Source of the DNA: Deinococcus sp. | Lineage (GTDB): Bacteria > Deinococcota > Deinococci > Deinococcales > Deinococcaceae | Assembly: GCA_965261005.1 (NCBI GenBank) | Contig: OZ253375.1 | Coordinates: 2,112,001-2,176,000 of the forward strand | Reading direction: 5' to 3' | DNA length: 64,000 nt | In this document: positions 42,505 through 52,677 of the stretch, piece by piece | How the letters are laid out: the number at the start of each line of letters is the position of its first letter | How positions within the stretch are numbered: the first letter of the stretch is position 1 | The notes under the pieces: generated by a model | The model's input: the letters and a program-made list of their open reading frames with translations, nothing else | Databases searched by the model: none | Told to the model about the DNA's origin: nothing | Translations under genes and position numbers: made by a program

Positions 42505-43113
42505 CTACAGCTTGAGGCCCAGCGTCAATCCCCACGGATCGCGCGCCAGTTCCTCAAAGCCCAAATGGTGGTAAAAACCGATGGCGCGGGTGTTGCGAAC
42601 CCCCACGCCCAAATGAACCCCCGGCGAGCCGGCCCTCCTGAGGGCGTCCAGCAAAGTTTCGATCAAATGGCGGCCGTTGCCGCCCCTTTGGCCGCGCGGC
42701 AGCAGGTCAATGTGCAGGTGGGAGGGGTAGTCTTCCAGCACGCCCTCCGGTTCCGAGAGGCCCCGGTGGATGATGGCGATTATGCGCTCGTCGGGCGTTC
42801 TCGCTTCTGGCGGCGTGGTAGGGAGCGGGGAGCGCGCCCGCAGGTCCGGCCACCATTCGCGCTCCAGCGTGGCGAAAAAGGCGCGGGTGTCGAGCGCCCC
42901 GATCACGTAGCCGCACACGCCTTGGGCGTCCTCCAGCACGAAGGCGAGGTCCGGCTGAAAGCGGCCGTAGGGGGCGGCGTAGACGTGGCCCAGCAGTTGG
43001 GGGTCCTCATACAGCGCGCTGGCGTCCTCGCCGCTGTCGCCGGTTTCCAGGCAGACGCGGTACAGCGCCGCCTCGTCGCTCACCTGGTAGGGCCGGATGG
43101 TGAAGCCGTTCAC
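42505..43113 (-). CDS. GNAT acetyltransferase
   Basis: YPSHLHIDLLPRGQRGGNG, FYHHLGF. Confidence 0.85.
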   Translation of the reverse strand: MNGFTIRPYQVSDEAALYRVCLETGDSGEDASALYEDPQLLGHVYAAPYGRFQPDLAFVLEDAQGVCGYVIGALDTRAFFATLEREWWPDLRARSPLPTTPPEARTPDERIIAIIHRGLSEPEGVLEDYPSHLHIDLLPRGQRGGNGRHLIETLLDALRRAGSPGVHLGVGVRNTRAIGFYHHLGFEELARDPWGLTLGLKL

Positions 43114-43640
43114 GCGAGCTGCTCCCACAGCAGCAGTTCGCCGTCTTGGGCGTCCTGCACCTTGCCGGTGCGCGCGAAGCCGCACTTTTCCAGCACCCGT
43201 ATAGAGGCGGCGTTGTCGGGGGCGGTCTTGGCGATCACCCGCCGCACGCCTGAGTGCGCGCGGCCCCAAGCGGTCATGGCGCGCACCATCTCGGTCGCGT
43301 ACCCCTGCCCCCACGCCGAGGCGTTCAGGCCGTAGCCGATCTCGGCCACGCCCCGCGCGTCGGGGCCGCCCTTGAAGCTCATCTGTCCGATGGCGGTCAG
43401 GTCAGCCTTGCGAATCAGGGTGCCGTCCCAGCGGTTGCCGGCGGAACCTTGCCGCGCGAGGTCCCGGAGGTTGGCCTCGCCGGCGCGCAGCATGCCCAGG
43501 TACACCTCGCCCGGCCACCCGGGCGGAAAGTGAACGCGCGTCCCGGCCAACTCGGCGTGGAAGTCGTCGGTTTTTAGGCGGGTCAAAAAGACCTCCGGCG
43601 GCGTGTTCAGCAGCAGCAGGCGTTCGGTTTCGATTCTCAA
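43110..43640 (-). CDS. GNAT acetyltransferase (RimJ/RimL-like)
   Basis: ETERL, EIGY, WGQGYATE, NAASIRVLEKCGF. Confidence 0.88.
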   Translation of the reverse strand: MRIETERLLLLNTPPEVFLTRLKTDDFHAELAGTRVHFPPGWPGEVYLGMLRAGEANLRDLARQGSAGNRWDGTLIRKADLTAIGQMSFKGGPDARGVAEIGYGLNASAWGQGYATEMVRAMTAWGRAHSGVRRVIAKTAPDNAASIRVLEKCGFARTGKVQDAQDGELLLWEQLA

Positions 43641-43730
43641 ACTCGGCTCCTTCAGATCAGCTTGCCACCGTGAGTGGCGCGCTTGTCAAGTCGCGGGCCG
43701 GTTGCTAGCCTTAAAAAGTTGAAATCCCAG

Positions 43731-44405
43731 ATGCTCCAGCCTCCGGCCCGGCGCGGGCTGCGGGGCACCGTTCACCAGGCGCCCGCAGCGGTCGCCCCCG
43801 TCCGCAAGCTGATGCTGCTGGCGGACTACGTGCATCCCTTCGTGTACCGCGAGGGGTTTCCGAAGGGTGCCCCAGAGGTGGACCTCGCGCTGGTGGCGGG
43901 GGACGTGCCCGGCTCTTACCTGGAGTTTCTGGCCACGACCCTGACCGCGCCGGTGCTGTACGTCCACGGCAACCACGCCAACGAGTTCGTCAACGAGGGC
44001 GACGGTAAGCTCCACCCGCCGCGCGGCGTCACCAACCTTCACGGCCGGGTCATCGAGGTAAACGGGCTGCGCGTCGCCGGCTGGGGCGGCGTGCCGCGCT
44101 ACCGCGAGGGGGGCAGCGGCCAGTACGACCCTTTGGAGGCGAATTGGGGCCTGACCAAGCTGGGCTGGAAGCTGCGCGGCAGACGGCTGGACATCCTGCT
44201 CACCCACGCCCCCCCGGAAGGGCCGCACGCCGGCAGCGATTACGCCCACCGGGGTTGCGGCGCCCTGACCCGCTTTATTCACAAGTCCCGTCCGCGCCTG
44301 GTGGTCCACGGCCACATCCACGAGTACGAGGGCAAAAAGCTGGAATACCAGCAGGAGGAGACCCGCGTGGTGAACGCCTACGGCTACCGCGTTATCGAGC
44401 TATAG
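43731..44405 (+). CDS. Metallophosphoesterase
   Basis: AGD, GNH, THAPP, HGHIHE; start uncertain. Confidence 0.85.
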   Translation: MLQPPARRGLRGTVHQAPAAVAPVRKLMLLADYVHPFVYREGFPKGAPEVDLALVAGDVPGSYLEFLATTLTAPVLYVHGNHANEFVNEGDGKLHPPRGVTNLHGRVIEVNGLRVAGWGGVPRYREGGSGQYDPLEANWGLTKLGWKLRGRRLDILLTHAPPEGPHAGSDYAHRGCGALTRFIHKSRPRLVVHGHIHEYEGKKLEYQQEETRVVNAYGYRVIEL

Positions 44406-44517
44406 CTGCTTTCCGCCTGGACCACAGCCACCAACCCAGGGCAATGGCGGTCAGCAGCGCGAACAGCAGGGCGTGCAATCAGCGCGGGTCGAGCGAGAGC
44501 GGCCACTCTAAATTCAC

Positions 44518-44739
44518 TCAGCGCACGACCAGGCCCGAGCCGCAGCGGCAGCGAAACTTGGTCAGGGTGGAGGGCCACGTTCCCGGCCAGGGGCGCCACA
44601 CGGCCTCGCGGCTCCAGGGGTACGGCTTTTCGAGCACATAGACCGAGTGGCCCAACCGCTGCGCCCTGAAGCGGTATTGCCGCGAGCAGCGCGCGCAGGG
44701 ATAGACGTTGCCCCGGAGCGGGGACGGGGCGGCGCTCAC
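44518..44739 (-). CDS. Small Cys-motif (zinc-ribbon-like) protein
   Basis: CARC...CRCG; TACTCT-N6-GTG. Confidence 0.6.
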   Translation of the reverse strand: MSAAPSPLRGNVYPCARCSRQYRFRAQRLGHSVYVLEKPYPWSREAVWRPWPGTWPSTLTKFRCRCGSGLVVR

Positions 44740-44764
44740 CCGGACAGAGTAGCGTGACGGTCAC

Positions 44765-45811
44765 TCAAGAAAGGTGCGGCCCTTTGCCCTCTAAAGCCTG
44801 CCCCAACTCCCCCGCCCCAATCTGCCACTCGGTCCTCGCCATTAAGGGTTTGAAGCCCAGCGCGCGGTTGATGCTGAGCATCCCCGCGTTGCTGTCGGCG
44901 TTGCCGGTACGTACAAAGCGGGCCTCGGGGTTGAGTTCGAGGGCCGCGCGCAGGTTGGCCGCCTTGATCCACTTGCCCAGGCCCCGGCGGCGGTGCTCCG
45001 GCCGCACGGCGGTGGCGTACTGGATCAGCAGCGTGTCGCGCCCCGCTTGCCAGCCCAGCTCGGTCATCCCGGCCAAAGCGCCGCTTTCCACGTGTATGGC
45101 GAAGGTGTTGACCACCTGCACGCCGGCGGCGGCGTTCTGCGCCTCCCACTCGCGCACCCGCTGGGGGGTGAACTGCGAGTCCTGAATATCTAAATCTCCC
45201 CTGGGCGCCGTGTTCATCACGTTCAGCAGGTCCGCGACGGCCTCCAGACGTTCCTCCGGGTAGGGGCCGGCGTGGGTCCACACCCGGTAGCCGGAAGCGC
45301 CCTCGCGTGTCCACTCGTCCAGCAAACCTGGCGGCAACTCCGAGAGATCGAGCTGGTTCTCATGGTTGGAGAGCGCGGCCTGCGCGCCGAGGGTTCTCAG
45401 AAACGCCTCGCCGGCCGGAATGCGGTCATAGGTGTCGCCCATCAGCTTGCTGCGCCCGCGCGACTCGGCCACGCTCAGCGCCTCCCTTAGCAGCAATGTA
45501 CCGAGGCCCTGGCGGCGCCATCCGGCCAGCACGCTCAGGTCCACCCCGGCGAGGTGGGTGTTGTCCAGCAGCGGCAGGTAGACGGCCGCGTGACCGACCA
45601 CGCGCTCCCCCTCCCAGACGTCCAGGTACAGCACGTCCTCGTCGGTCGGCACCTGGCGCATCGCGGCCACCAGCTTGTCCAGCACCAGGGGCGGGTCCTG
45701 CGGCATTCGCTCGGCGCGCATGGCCTCGCGGTGTTCGGCGACGGCGCGCAGCGCGGTTTCGGGGGCGGTGCGCGGGTTGGCACGTTCGATGTGTGGGGCT
45801 GAAGTCGTCAT
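44765..45811 (-). CDS. Tandem GNAT acetyltransferase
   Basis: Two motifs RRQGLG and RRRGLG; NAGMLSINRALGF. Confidence 0.88.
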   Translation of the reverse strand: MTTSAPHIERANPRTAPETALRAVAEHREAMRAERMPQDPPLVLDKLVAAMRQVPTDEDVLYLDVWEGERVVGHAAVYLPLLDNTHLAGVDLSVLAGWRRQGLGTLLLREALSVAESRGRSKLMGDTYDRIPAGEAFLRTLGAQAALSNHENQLDLSELPPGLLDEWTREGASGYRVWTHAGPYPEERLEAVADLLNVMNTAPRGDLDIQDSQFTPQRVREWEAQNAAAGVQVVNTFAIHVESGALAGMTELGWQAGRDTLLIQYATAVRPEHRRRGLGKWIKAANLRAALELNPEARFVRTGNADSNAGMLSINRALGFKPLMARTEWQIGAGELGQALEGKGPHLS

Positions 45812-45836
45812 GTTCCCAGTCTGGACGGTCCAGGTC

Positions 45837-45864
45837 AAAAAAGCCTCCGCCATTTGGCGGAGGC
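45837..45864 (-). terminator. Intrinsic terminator
   Basis: GCCTCCGCC-AAAT-GGCGGAGGC-T6 on minus strand. Confidence 0.8.
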
Positions 45865-45894
45865 CCGAAGGGAAGCTGTTTAGCGCTCGCCGTA

Positions 45895-46752
45895 TCAGCG
45901 CTCGACCGTGAAAGTCCAGTTGAGGGCCGTGCCGGGAGCGCCCTTGCCGAACAGCTGCGGGTAGGGCGTCGCGCCCAGGGTGTGCCTGCCGGGGGTCAGC
46001 ACGTTCGCGGCGCAGGCGAAGTAGGCGCCTTTTTTGCCGCTCTTATTCTTGGTGTCGCTGCACAGGGCGAAGGGCGCCTCGTTTTCCAGCCGTTCCTGCG
46101 CGCCGCTGAGGGCGAAGCGGACGCTGCCCACCCCCGGCGTCACGTTGGCGCGAATGTTGAGCTGGCGCGGCAGGGCCGAGAGCCGCAGCACGGCGCCCGC
46201 CGGGATGGGGTCGTAGCCGGGCATGGGTTGATCGTTGTCGGCGTTGATCAAGGTGAAGCCCGTCACGGCGACCGCCGCCTTTTCCGAGCGGACCACCGTG
46301 AACGCCACCGCCGCGCCCGCGCCGACCGCGCCGCTGCCGTTCGCGCCCGCCGTGGGCGTGGCCGCCAAGCGGTGCTGGCCCGGCGTGAACACGTTCGCCG
46401 GGCAGGCGAAGTACGCGCCGCGCGTGTCGCTGCACAGCGCGTAGGGCGCGCCGTTCTCGGTCTTGTAGCTGGCGTTGTTGTCAAAGGCGAAGCGCACGCT
46501 GCCGACGCTACCGGCCGTGTTGGCGCGCACGTTCAGCTTGGCGGGCAAGCTGGCGAGGTCGAGGGTCGCCCCCTGCGGGATCGGGTCGTAGCCCGGCACC
46601 GGCCGGTTCGTCCCCGCGTCCATCAGGGTCAGGCCCGTCACGCTGGGGCCGGCGGGGTTGACCTGAATGGAGTTGGGCCGGACCTTTTGGGCGCTGGTGG
46701 GGACGGCGGCGAGGGCGACGAGCGAGAAAATAAGCGGCGCTGATTTGAGCAT
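45895..46752 (-). CDS. Secreted protein with two tandem ~120-aa beta-rich repeats
   Basis: Signal peptide; PGYDPIP...LNxRAN...GSVRF...ENxAPxALCSD occurs twice. Confidence 0.8.
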   Translation of the reverse strand: MLKSAPLIFSLVALAAVPTSAQKVRPNSIQVNPAGPSVTGLTLMDAGTNRPVPGYDPIPQGATLDLASLPAKLNVRANTAGSVGSVRFAFDNNASYKTENGAPYALCSDTRGAYFACPANVFTPGQHRLAATPTAGANGSGAVGAGAAVAFTVVRSEKAAVAVTGFTLINADNDQPMPGYDPIPAGAVLRLSALPRQLNIRANVTPGVGSVRFALSGAQERLENEAPFALCSDTKNKSGKKGAYFACAANVLTPGRHTLGATPYPQLFGKGAPGTALNWTFTVER

Positions 46753-46858
46753 TCGGGTTCTCCTTGGGCACGAGGAAGGGAAGGCGTTGGCGCGCTCAAG
46801 CTAGCCCCGGTGCGTGACGCCCGTCTGACTCGTGCGCCCAACCCTAGACGCCCGAACC

Positions 46859-47824
46859 TTAGACGCTCAGGGTCTTGGCGCACCTGTATAAATCCCGCGC
46901 AATATCCTTCTTCTTTTCCCAGGTGTCGTGCAGGGGCGTGAAGCAGACTTCCTCGGCGCGCATGCCGGCCATAACGCCGCCTTTGCCGTCCAGCAGGGCG
47001 TTCACGGCGCCCTCGCCGAGGCGTGAGGCCAGGATGCGGTCGGCGGCGGTGGGGGAGCCGCCGCGCTGGATGTGGCCCAGAATGCTGAGGCGGGCCTCCA
47101 GGCCGGTGGCGGCCTCGATTTCCTGCACCACGCCCGCCCCGCCCCCGGCGACGCCCTCGGCGACCACGATAATGGAGGAGGTCTTGCCCTTGGCGACGCT
47201 GACGCGCACGGCGTCAATGACCTCGGGAATGTGGGCGGCGGACTCAGGGACCAGCACTTCCTCGGCGCCGCCCGCAACGGCCACCGAGAGGGCGATAAAG
47301 CCCGAGTCGCGGCCCATCACCTCCACCACGAAGATGCGCTCGTGGCTGGCGGCGGTGTCGCGCAGGCGGTCGATGGCGTCCAAGGCGGTGTTCACGGCGG
47401 TGTCGTAGCCGATGGTGTTGTCGGTGCCGTACAGGTCGTTGTCAATGGTGCCCGGCACGCCGATCACCTTGACGCCGTGTTCCTCCTCAAGCAGGGCGCC
47501 GCCGCGAAACGAGCCGTCGCCGCCGATCACGACGAGGCCGTCCACGCCCCACTCGCGCAGGTACTCGGCCCCCCTGGCGCGCCCCTCGGGGGAGCGCCAG
47601 GTGTGCGAGCGGGCGGTCAGCAGCATGGTGCCGCCGCGCTGGATGATGTTGGCGACGTCGCGCGGCCCGAGCAGGCTCATCTCGCCCCGGTGCAGGCCCC
47701 CGAAGCCGCGCCGCACGCCCACTACCTCCAAACCGGCGGCGTGGCCGGCGCGCACGACCGCGCGTACCGCCGCGTTCATGCCGGGGGCGTCGCCGCCGCT
47801 GGTGAGTACGGCGATGCGGTTCAT
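46859..47824 (-). CDS. pfkA: ATP-dependent 6-phosphofructokinase
   Basis: [34 protein letters not shown]. Confidence 0.96.
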   Translation of the reverse strand: MNRIAVLTSGGDAPGMNAAVRAVVRAGHAAGLEVVGVRRGFGGLHRGEMSLLGPRDVANIIQRGGTMLLTARSHTWRSPEGRARGAEYLREWGVDGLVVIGGDGSFRGGALLEEEHGVKVIGVPGTIDNDLYGTDNTIGYDTAVNTALDAIDRLRDTAASHERIFVVEVMGRDSGFIALSVAVAGGAEEVLVPESAAHIPEVIDAVRVSVAKGKTSSIIVVAEGVAGGGAGVVQEIEAATGLEARLSILGHIQRGGSPTAADRILASRLGEGAVNALLDGKGGVMAGMRAEEVCFTPLHDTWEKKKDIARDLYRCAKTLSV

Positions 47825-47879
47825 AAGGGCTGACCCGTCAAACTCGGGGAAGTTGAAAGCATGGACATGTGACGCTCCT

Positions 47880-48731
47880 TCAGGTGAGCGGGCGCTGCTC
47901 GACGGCTTGCAAGGCCAGCTCGTAAGCGTCATTCTTACGCAAACCGGCCGCCATCAGCAACGCGCGAATGTCCCGCGTCCCCTTGCCCTCGGCGGCGAGC
48001 TGATGTGCCAGCTCCACGAAGTCGGCTGCCTGCGCGGGCGGCGCTGGGGGACGGCCCGCCACCACGACCACGATCTCGCCGCGCACGCTCTGCGCGAAGT
48101 GTTCGGCCAATTCGGTCAGGGTGCCGCGCCGGGTCTCCTCGAACAGCTTGCTCAGTTCGCGCGTGACGCTGGCCCGCCGGTCCCTGCCGCAGATTTCTGC
48201 GAGGTCGCGCAGGGTGGCCGCCAAGCGGTGGGGGCTTTCGTAGAGGACGCTGGTCTCGGAACGGGCGGCGACGGCCTCTAGGCGCTCGCGGCGCTCGCGC
48301 CCTCCCCTCGGCAGAAACCCTTCAAAGGTGAAGCGCGCCGCGCTGAGGCCCGACAGCACCAAGGCCGGCACAAAGGCGGTGGGGCCGGGTAACACTTCCA
48401 CCGTGCCGCCCAAACCGAGCACGATCTCGACCAGTTCCGCGCCGGGGTCGCTGATGCCGGGGGTGCCGGCGTCCGAGGCGTAGGCCAGGCGCGGATAGCG
48501 CGCCAGCGCGCCGGGCGCGCGGTCTCGCAGGGTGTGGGCGTCCAGCCGAATGAGGGGCTTGTCGAGACCCAAGTGGCGCAGCAGCGCGCCGGTGCGGCGG
48601 GTGTCTTCGCAGGCGACGGCGTCGGCCCCGGCGAAGGTCTCCACCGCGCGCCGGGTCAAGTCCCCCAAATTGCCCAGCGGGGTGGGCACCAAGGTCACGT
48701 GCGGTCCTATCATTTCCGGCGCCCCTGTCAT
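47880..48731 (-). CDS. rsmI: 16S rRNA C1402 2'-O-methyltransferase
   Basis: [40 protein letters not shown]. Confidence 0.95.
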   Translation of the reverse strand: MTGAPEMIGPHVTLVPTPLGNLGDLTRRAVETFAGADAVACEDTRRTGALLRHLGLDKPLIRLDAHTLRDRAPGALARYPRLAYASDAGTPGISDPGAELVEIVLGLGGTVEVLPGPTAFVPALVLSGLSAARFTFEGFLPRGGRERRERLEAVAARSETSVLYESPHRLAATLRDLAEICGRDRRASVTRELSKLFEETRRGTLTELAEHFAQSVRGEIVVVVAGRPPAPPAQAADFVELAHQLAAEGKGTRDIRALLMAAGLRKNDAYELALQAVEQRPLT

Positions 48732-48982
48732 TCCGGCGGCGCGCCCTCCCGGTTTCCCAGTGGCGGCTCCGGCCCCTCGAAGCCCGGCCCCTCAAAGCTC
48801 AGGCCGGGCGCGGCGGGCTTGAGCCGGATCTTGATGCGCCGCGGGCGCCGCAGGGCGCTCGCGATGGTGGCGCGCAGCAACTCGGCCTCGCCCACCGTGA
48901 CCGTGACCACCGTGCCCTCGGGCAGGCGCGCGTCTTGCAACTCGATCACGCCGTGCACGACCATGCCCCGGTACGCCCTCAC
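48728..48982 (-). CDS. Small hypothetical protein
   Basis: GTG start; RLPEGTVVTV beta-rich segment; ATGA overlap with rsmI. Confidence 0.65.
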   Translation of the reverse strand: MRAYRGMVVHGVIELQDARLPEGTVVTVTVGEAELLRATIASALRRPRRIKIRLKPAAPGLSFEGPGFEGPEPPLGNREGAPPE

Positions 48983-49031
48983 GCCGCCCACCCAGGGCCA
49001 CGTTGATGCCCGGCCCACCTGCCACACTCGC

Positions 49032-49448
49032 TCATTCCGACCTCCGCCGCCGGCGCCCCGCGCGTGCCAAGGCCGCGCGGAGCGCCACAATTTCACTTTC
49101 CCGTGCGCCCTCAAGCCGGGCGTAGCGGTCGATGACCTCGCTCGCCTCGCGGCGGCGCCCCAACCGGAGCAGCAGCACGCCCAAGTGTTCCTCACCCACG
49201 TAAAAGGCCCCCGGGTTGTGGGGATCGCCCTCGACTTGCGCGCGGGCGGTCAGCAACCGCTCCAATCGCGAGCGGTGCTCGGCGACCTGCGCGCGAATGG
49301 CCGTCAGCGCGAACCCAAAGGCCGTCAGCACCAAGAGGGCCGTCGTGCTGGTGGAGCGGGCGAGGCCGTAGTCGGCCGCGAAGCGCACCAACAGCGGAAA
49401 CACGAACGCGAGGACCATCAGCACCGCCAAGGTGGCCGCGTAGTTCAT
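49032..49448 (-). CDS. Hypothetical membrane protein
   Basis: Two N-terminal TMs, helical C-terminus. Confidence 0.7.
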   Translation of the reverse strand: MNYAATLAVLMVLAFVFPLLVRFAADYGLARSTSTTALLVLTAFGFALTAIRAQVAEHRSRLERLLTARAQVEGDPHNPGAFYVGEEHLGVLLLRLGRRREASEVIDRYARLEGARESEIVALRAALARAGRRRRRSE

Positions 49449-49581
49449 CCCGCCACCCCGCTTCGCCCCAAGCCGCCACGTTTGACCTTGCTGCCACGCT
49501 CGTCCCTCCAGCCCAACATGCTGCCAGTGTACCCGCTGCGCCGGGCGCAAAGAGAACCCGTCCCACCGTATTCTTAACCCC

Positions 49582-50019
49582 TTGAAACTTCACCTGATCA
49601 CGGTCGGCGAACCCAAGCTCGCCTACGCCCGCGCCGGCTGGGACGAGTACTACGGCCGTCTCGGGCGCTACCACAAGCCGCGCGTGACGCGGGTGCCCGG
49701 CGGCGGGCCGCAGCGCGAGGGCGCGGTTATCCTGCGCGCGGCCGGGCGCGCCCCGCTGGTGGCCCTCGATCCGCGCGGCGCCCAGCTCAGCTCTTCGGAG
49801 CTGGCCGGCTTTCTAGGCGGCCTGGCGCTGGGCGGCGCGGGGGAAGCGGCCTTTTGCGTGGGTGGCCCGGACGGGCTGTCGGACGCGGTGCGCGCCGGGT
49901 CGCACACCCTGTGGAGCTTGTCCCGGCTCACCTTGCCGCACGACCTCGCCATGCTGGTGCTCTTGGAGGCCCTCTACCGCGCCGCCACCATCAGCGCGGG
50001 CGAACCGTACCACCGCTGA
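49582..50019 (+). CDS. rlmH: 23S rRNA m3Psi1915 methyltransferase
   Basis: GGPDGL, SLSRLTLPH, EALYRA, PYHR. Confidence 0.95.
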   Translation: MKLHLITVGEPKLAYARAGWDEYYGRLGRYHKPRVTRVPGGGPQREGAVILRAAGRAPLVALDPRGAQLSSSELAGFLGGLALGGAGEAAFCVGGPDGLSDAVRAGSHTLWSLSRLTLPHDLAMLVLLEALYRAATISAGEPYHR

Positions 50020-50151
50020 AAAGAATTCCGAAAATTTTCGTACTGTACGAAAATTTTCCGAGCGGCGCGAGTAGGAAAGAGCTACGGGTTTCGCGGTATG
50101 GAGTACAGGCGAGCGCGGTTCTCGACTGTACGGAATTGAGCGGAATCCGTA
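50020..50151 (-). repeat. Small repeat copy E (132 bp)
   Basis: CGGAATCCGTA end, core CCGAGCGGCGCGAGTAGGAA, 14-bp perfect hairpin; abuts rlmH stop. Confidence 0.88.
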
Positions 50152-50158
50152 GAAAGCG

Positions 50159-50581
50159 TCATGGGTTCAGCAGGGCCGTGAGTTCATCCAGTAAGTCGCC
50201 GGCCCGCGCGATTTGCTCGGGCGTCAGCCCGGGGTGAAGCGCCGCCAGGGTGTCCGCCAGCGGCGCCCCCGCGCGGGGCAACAGCACCTCCTCACGCACG
50301 CCGGGGGCCAAGTCAATGCGGACGCGCCGACCGTCGCCCGGATCGGGCGTGGCGCTCAAAACGCCCCCCTCCCGCAGCTCGGCCACGATCTTGGACACGA
50401 AGCTTTGGGCCAGCTTCACGCGCGCCACGATCTCGCCGACGGAACTTCCCGGATGGCGCGCGATGTCCTCCACCACGGCGATCAGCCCCGGCGAGGGCGC
50501 CGCCTCGCCCACCCGCACGGTCGCCCGCGTCGCCACCTCGCGCAGGTGGCGGGCCAAGCGGTGGAGCTGTCCGGCGTTCAT
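50159..50581 (-). CDS. MarR-family regulator
   Basis: Winged HTH with DPGDGRR; TAGGAT-N6-ATG. Confidence 0.85.
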   Translation of the reverse strand: MNAGQLHRLARHLREVATRATVRVGEAAPSPGLIAVVEDIARHPGSSVGEIVARVKLAQSFVSKIVAELREGGVLSATPDPGDGRRVRIDLAPGVREEVLLPRAGAPLADTLAALHPGLTPEQIARAGDLLDELTALLNP

Positions 50582-50661
50582 GACGAAATCCTAACTGTTC
50601 AAGTTAGATCTCTTATGATATATCTACATAGATCTAATCGATGGATCACGAGGAGGCATGG

Positions 50662-51171
50662 ATGAACCTGACGGATACCTTGATCAGCTTGGCTTTGGTC
50701 AGCTTGGTGCTTCGGCAGCTGCGGGCAAGGCCCCTCACGGCGGCGGGCCTGCTGTGGCCGCTGCCCTTGGTGCTGTACGCCGCGCTGACCAATCTGCGCG
50801 CGCTGCCAACGGGTGCGGGCCTCGACTTCACGCTGCTGCTCGGCCTGATCGGGCTGGGGCTGGGCCTGCTGTGTGGGCTGTTCACGCGGGTGTACGCCGG
50901 CAAAGGCGCCGTGCTGGCCCGCGCGACCGGCCTCGCCGCCGCGCTGTGGATTGTGGGCGTCGGCTCACGGCTGGGGTTCGCTTTTTATGCCGAGCACGGC
51001 GGGGGCGCGGCCATCGCCCGCCTCAGCGATCAGCTTCACCTGACCCAGGGCGCCTGGGTCGCCGGCTTGCTGCTGATGTCGCTCGCGGAGGTGCTGGGCC
51101 GCAGCGCCACGCTGCTGTGGCGCAGAGCCTTGGTACGGCGTGAACAGCTTCGACCGGGCGTCAGCGCCTGA
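50662..51171 (+). CDS. Membrane protein (DUF1453/CcdC-like)
   Basis: About 5 TMs, AGGAGG RBS, divergent from MarR. Confidence 0.7.
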   Translation: MNLTDTLISLALVSLVLRQLRARPLTAAGLLWPLPLVLYAALTNLRALPTGAGLDFTLLLGLIGLGLGLLCGLFTRVYAGKGAVLARATGLAAALWIVGVGSRLGFAFYAEHGGGAAIARLSDQLHLTQGAWVAGLLLMSLAEVLGRSATLLWRRALVRREQLRPGVSA

Positions 51172-51229
51172 GTGAGGACATGAGGACGCCCCCGACAATG
51201 AACGTCGGGGGCTTGTCGCGGGTGCTGGG

Positions 51230-52081
51230 TTACTGACCGCCGGTTTGGGGCAGCCGGCCAATCGAAACGACCGTCAGGCCGGCCACCTGACGAACGCGCA
51301 CGGTAACCCGCTCGCCGTTGCGCTCGAAGGTTTCGCTTTGCACCCCGTCCGCGCTGGTCGTCACGAGATTCGCCGTCGTGGCGGTGGTGTCGGTTGGTGT
51401 CGTGGTGGCGGCGGCGGTGCCCGTCGTGTCGGTGGCCGTGCCCGTGGTCCCCGTCGCGGTTTCAGTGGTATCCGTCGAGGTCGTGCCGGTCGTGTCCGTG
51501 GTCCCCGTTGAAGTCGTGTCGGTGGTGCCGGTGGCTGTGCCGGTCGTATCCGTTCCGGTCGTGCCCGTGGTGCCGGTCGTGCCCGTCGAGGTCGTGTCGG
51601 TGGCCGTGCCAGCTGTTCCCGTAGTGTCGGTCGTGGTTGCGGCGGTCCCAGTCGTGTCGGTCGCGGTCGTGCCCGTCGTGTCCGTCCCCGCCGTGCCAGT
51701 GGTCGCGGTGCCGGCGCTTCCCGTGCTGGTACTGCCCGTGGTGGTGCCCGCCGGGCTGGAGGCGTCTACCGGCGTGAAGCCTTGTGCCTGCAAGGCCGCC
51801 GCGTACTGCGCCAGCGCGTCGGGAATCATGCCTTGGTACACCACGCTCTGCCCCAAGACGGTCTTGACTTCCCGCAGCGGCGTGGCGCCCGTCAGGTACG
51901 CCAGCGTCAAAGTATCCGAGGCGAGCGGCAGGGTGGTCTGACCGCTGAGCGGCGTGGTGGGGGCAGCCTGGGTCGTGGTCGTGGCCGGCGCCGTTTGGGC
52001 GAGGGCGGCCGTGCCGAGGCCCAAGGTGGTCAGACCTAGGGCCAGGGCGGCGGTCAGACGGTGCTGTGATCGAGTACGCAT
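51230..52081 (-). CDS. Secreted protein with a Thr/Gly/Asp low-complexity insert
   Basis: Signal peptide ALA-Q, GGAGG RBS, TTGT/TDTT repeats. Confidence 0.8.
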   Translation of the reverse strand: MRTRSQHRLTAALALGLTTLGLGTAALAQTAPATTTTQAAPTTPLSGQTTLPLASDTLTLAYLTGATPLREVKTVLGQSVVYQGMIPDALAQYAAALQAQGFTPVDASSPAGTTTGSTSTGSAGTATTGTAGTDTTGTTATDTTGTAATTTDTTGTAGTATDTTSTGTTGTTGTTGTDTTGTATGTTDTTSTGTTDTTGTTSTDTTETATGTTGTATDTTGTAAATTTPTDTTATTANLVTTSADGVQSETFERNGERVTVRVRQVAGLTVVSIGRLPQTGGQ

Positions 52082-52230
52082 GATGGTCCTCCGACGCTGC
52101 GCCCGGCGCTTGGGACCATCCCAAGGCTGGTGGGCGCTTGCTGTTCGGAGCTTAAGAAACGTTGATGTGACACCCGCTCAAAAAGGGCGCCGCCGCTTTG
52201 GTGAAGTTTTTAGTATTCGCGCCGCCGGCC

Positions 52231-52668
52231 CTAGGCCCCGTGTTTTTCCCTTACCGTCAACACCGGCACGGGAGACTCGCGCACCAGGTGTTCGGCCAGA
52301 GAGCCGAGGAAGAAGTGCGTCAGACCTTCGCGGCCTTGGGTGCCGGTCACGATCAGATCGGCGTTCCAATCGGCGCTCACCTGCAAAATGGCGCGCAGCG
52401 GGTCGCCGCTGACCAGTTCGCCCTCCTCGTCACCCTGAAGCAGTTCGGCGAGGCGCGCCTTGTCGGTTTGCCCGAACTCGCGCTGCACGTCGGGGGGCGG
52501 CGCGACGGGGACCATGCCGCCGGTCGTGAGATCGGGCACCGCCACGGCGCGGGCGTCCAGCACGTGCAGCAGCATTTTGCTGGCCCCGGGAAACGCCCCG
52601 CGCGCCACCGCCAGGGCGCGCGCCGAGGCGGGTGAAAAGTCGGTGGGAATGAGAACGCGCTCGAACAT
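52231..52668 (-). CDS. Universal stress protein
   Basis: VLIPTDFS, GTQGREG...FLGSLAE...PVPVL. Confidence 0.92.
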   Translation of the reverse strand: MFERVLIPTDFSPASARALAVARGAFPGASKMLLHVLDARAVAVPDLTTGGMVPVAPPPDVQREFGQTDKARLAELLQGDEEGELVSGDPLRAILQVSADWNADLIVTGTQGREGLTHFFLGSLAEHLVRESPVPVLTVREKHGA

Positions 52669-52677
52669 AAGGGCACC

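Noticed and set aside
51318..51941. Val/Pro-rich plus-strand ORF
   Set aside because: Antisense shadow of the Thr-rich gene, which has the RBS and signal peptide
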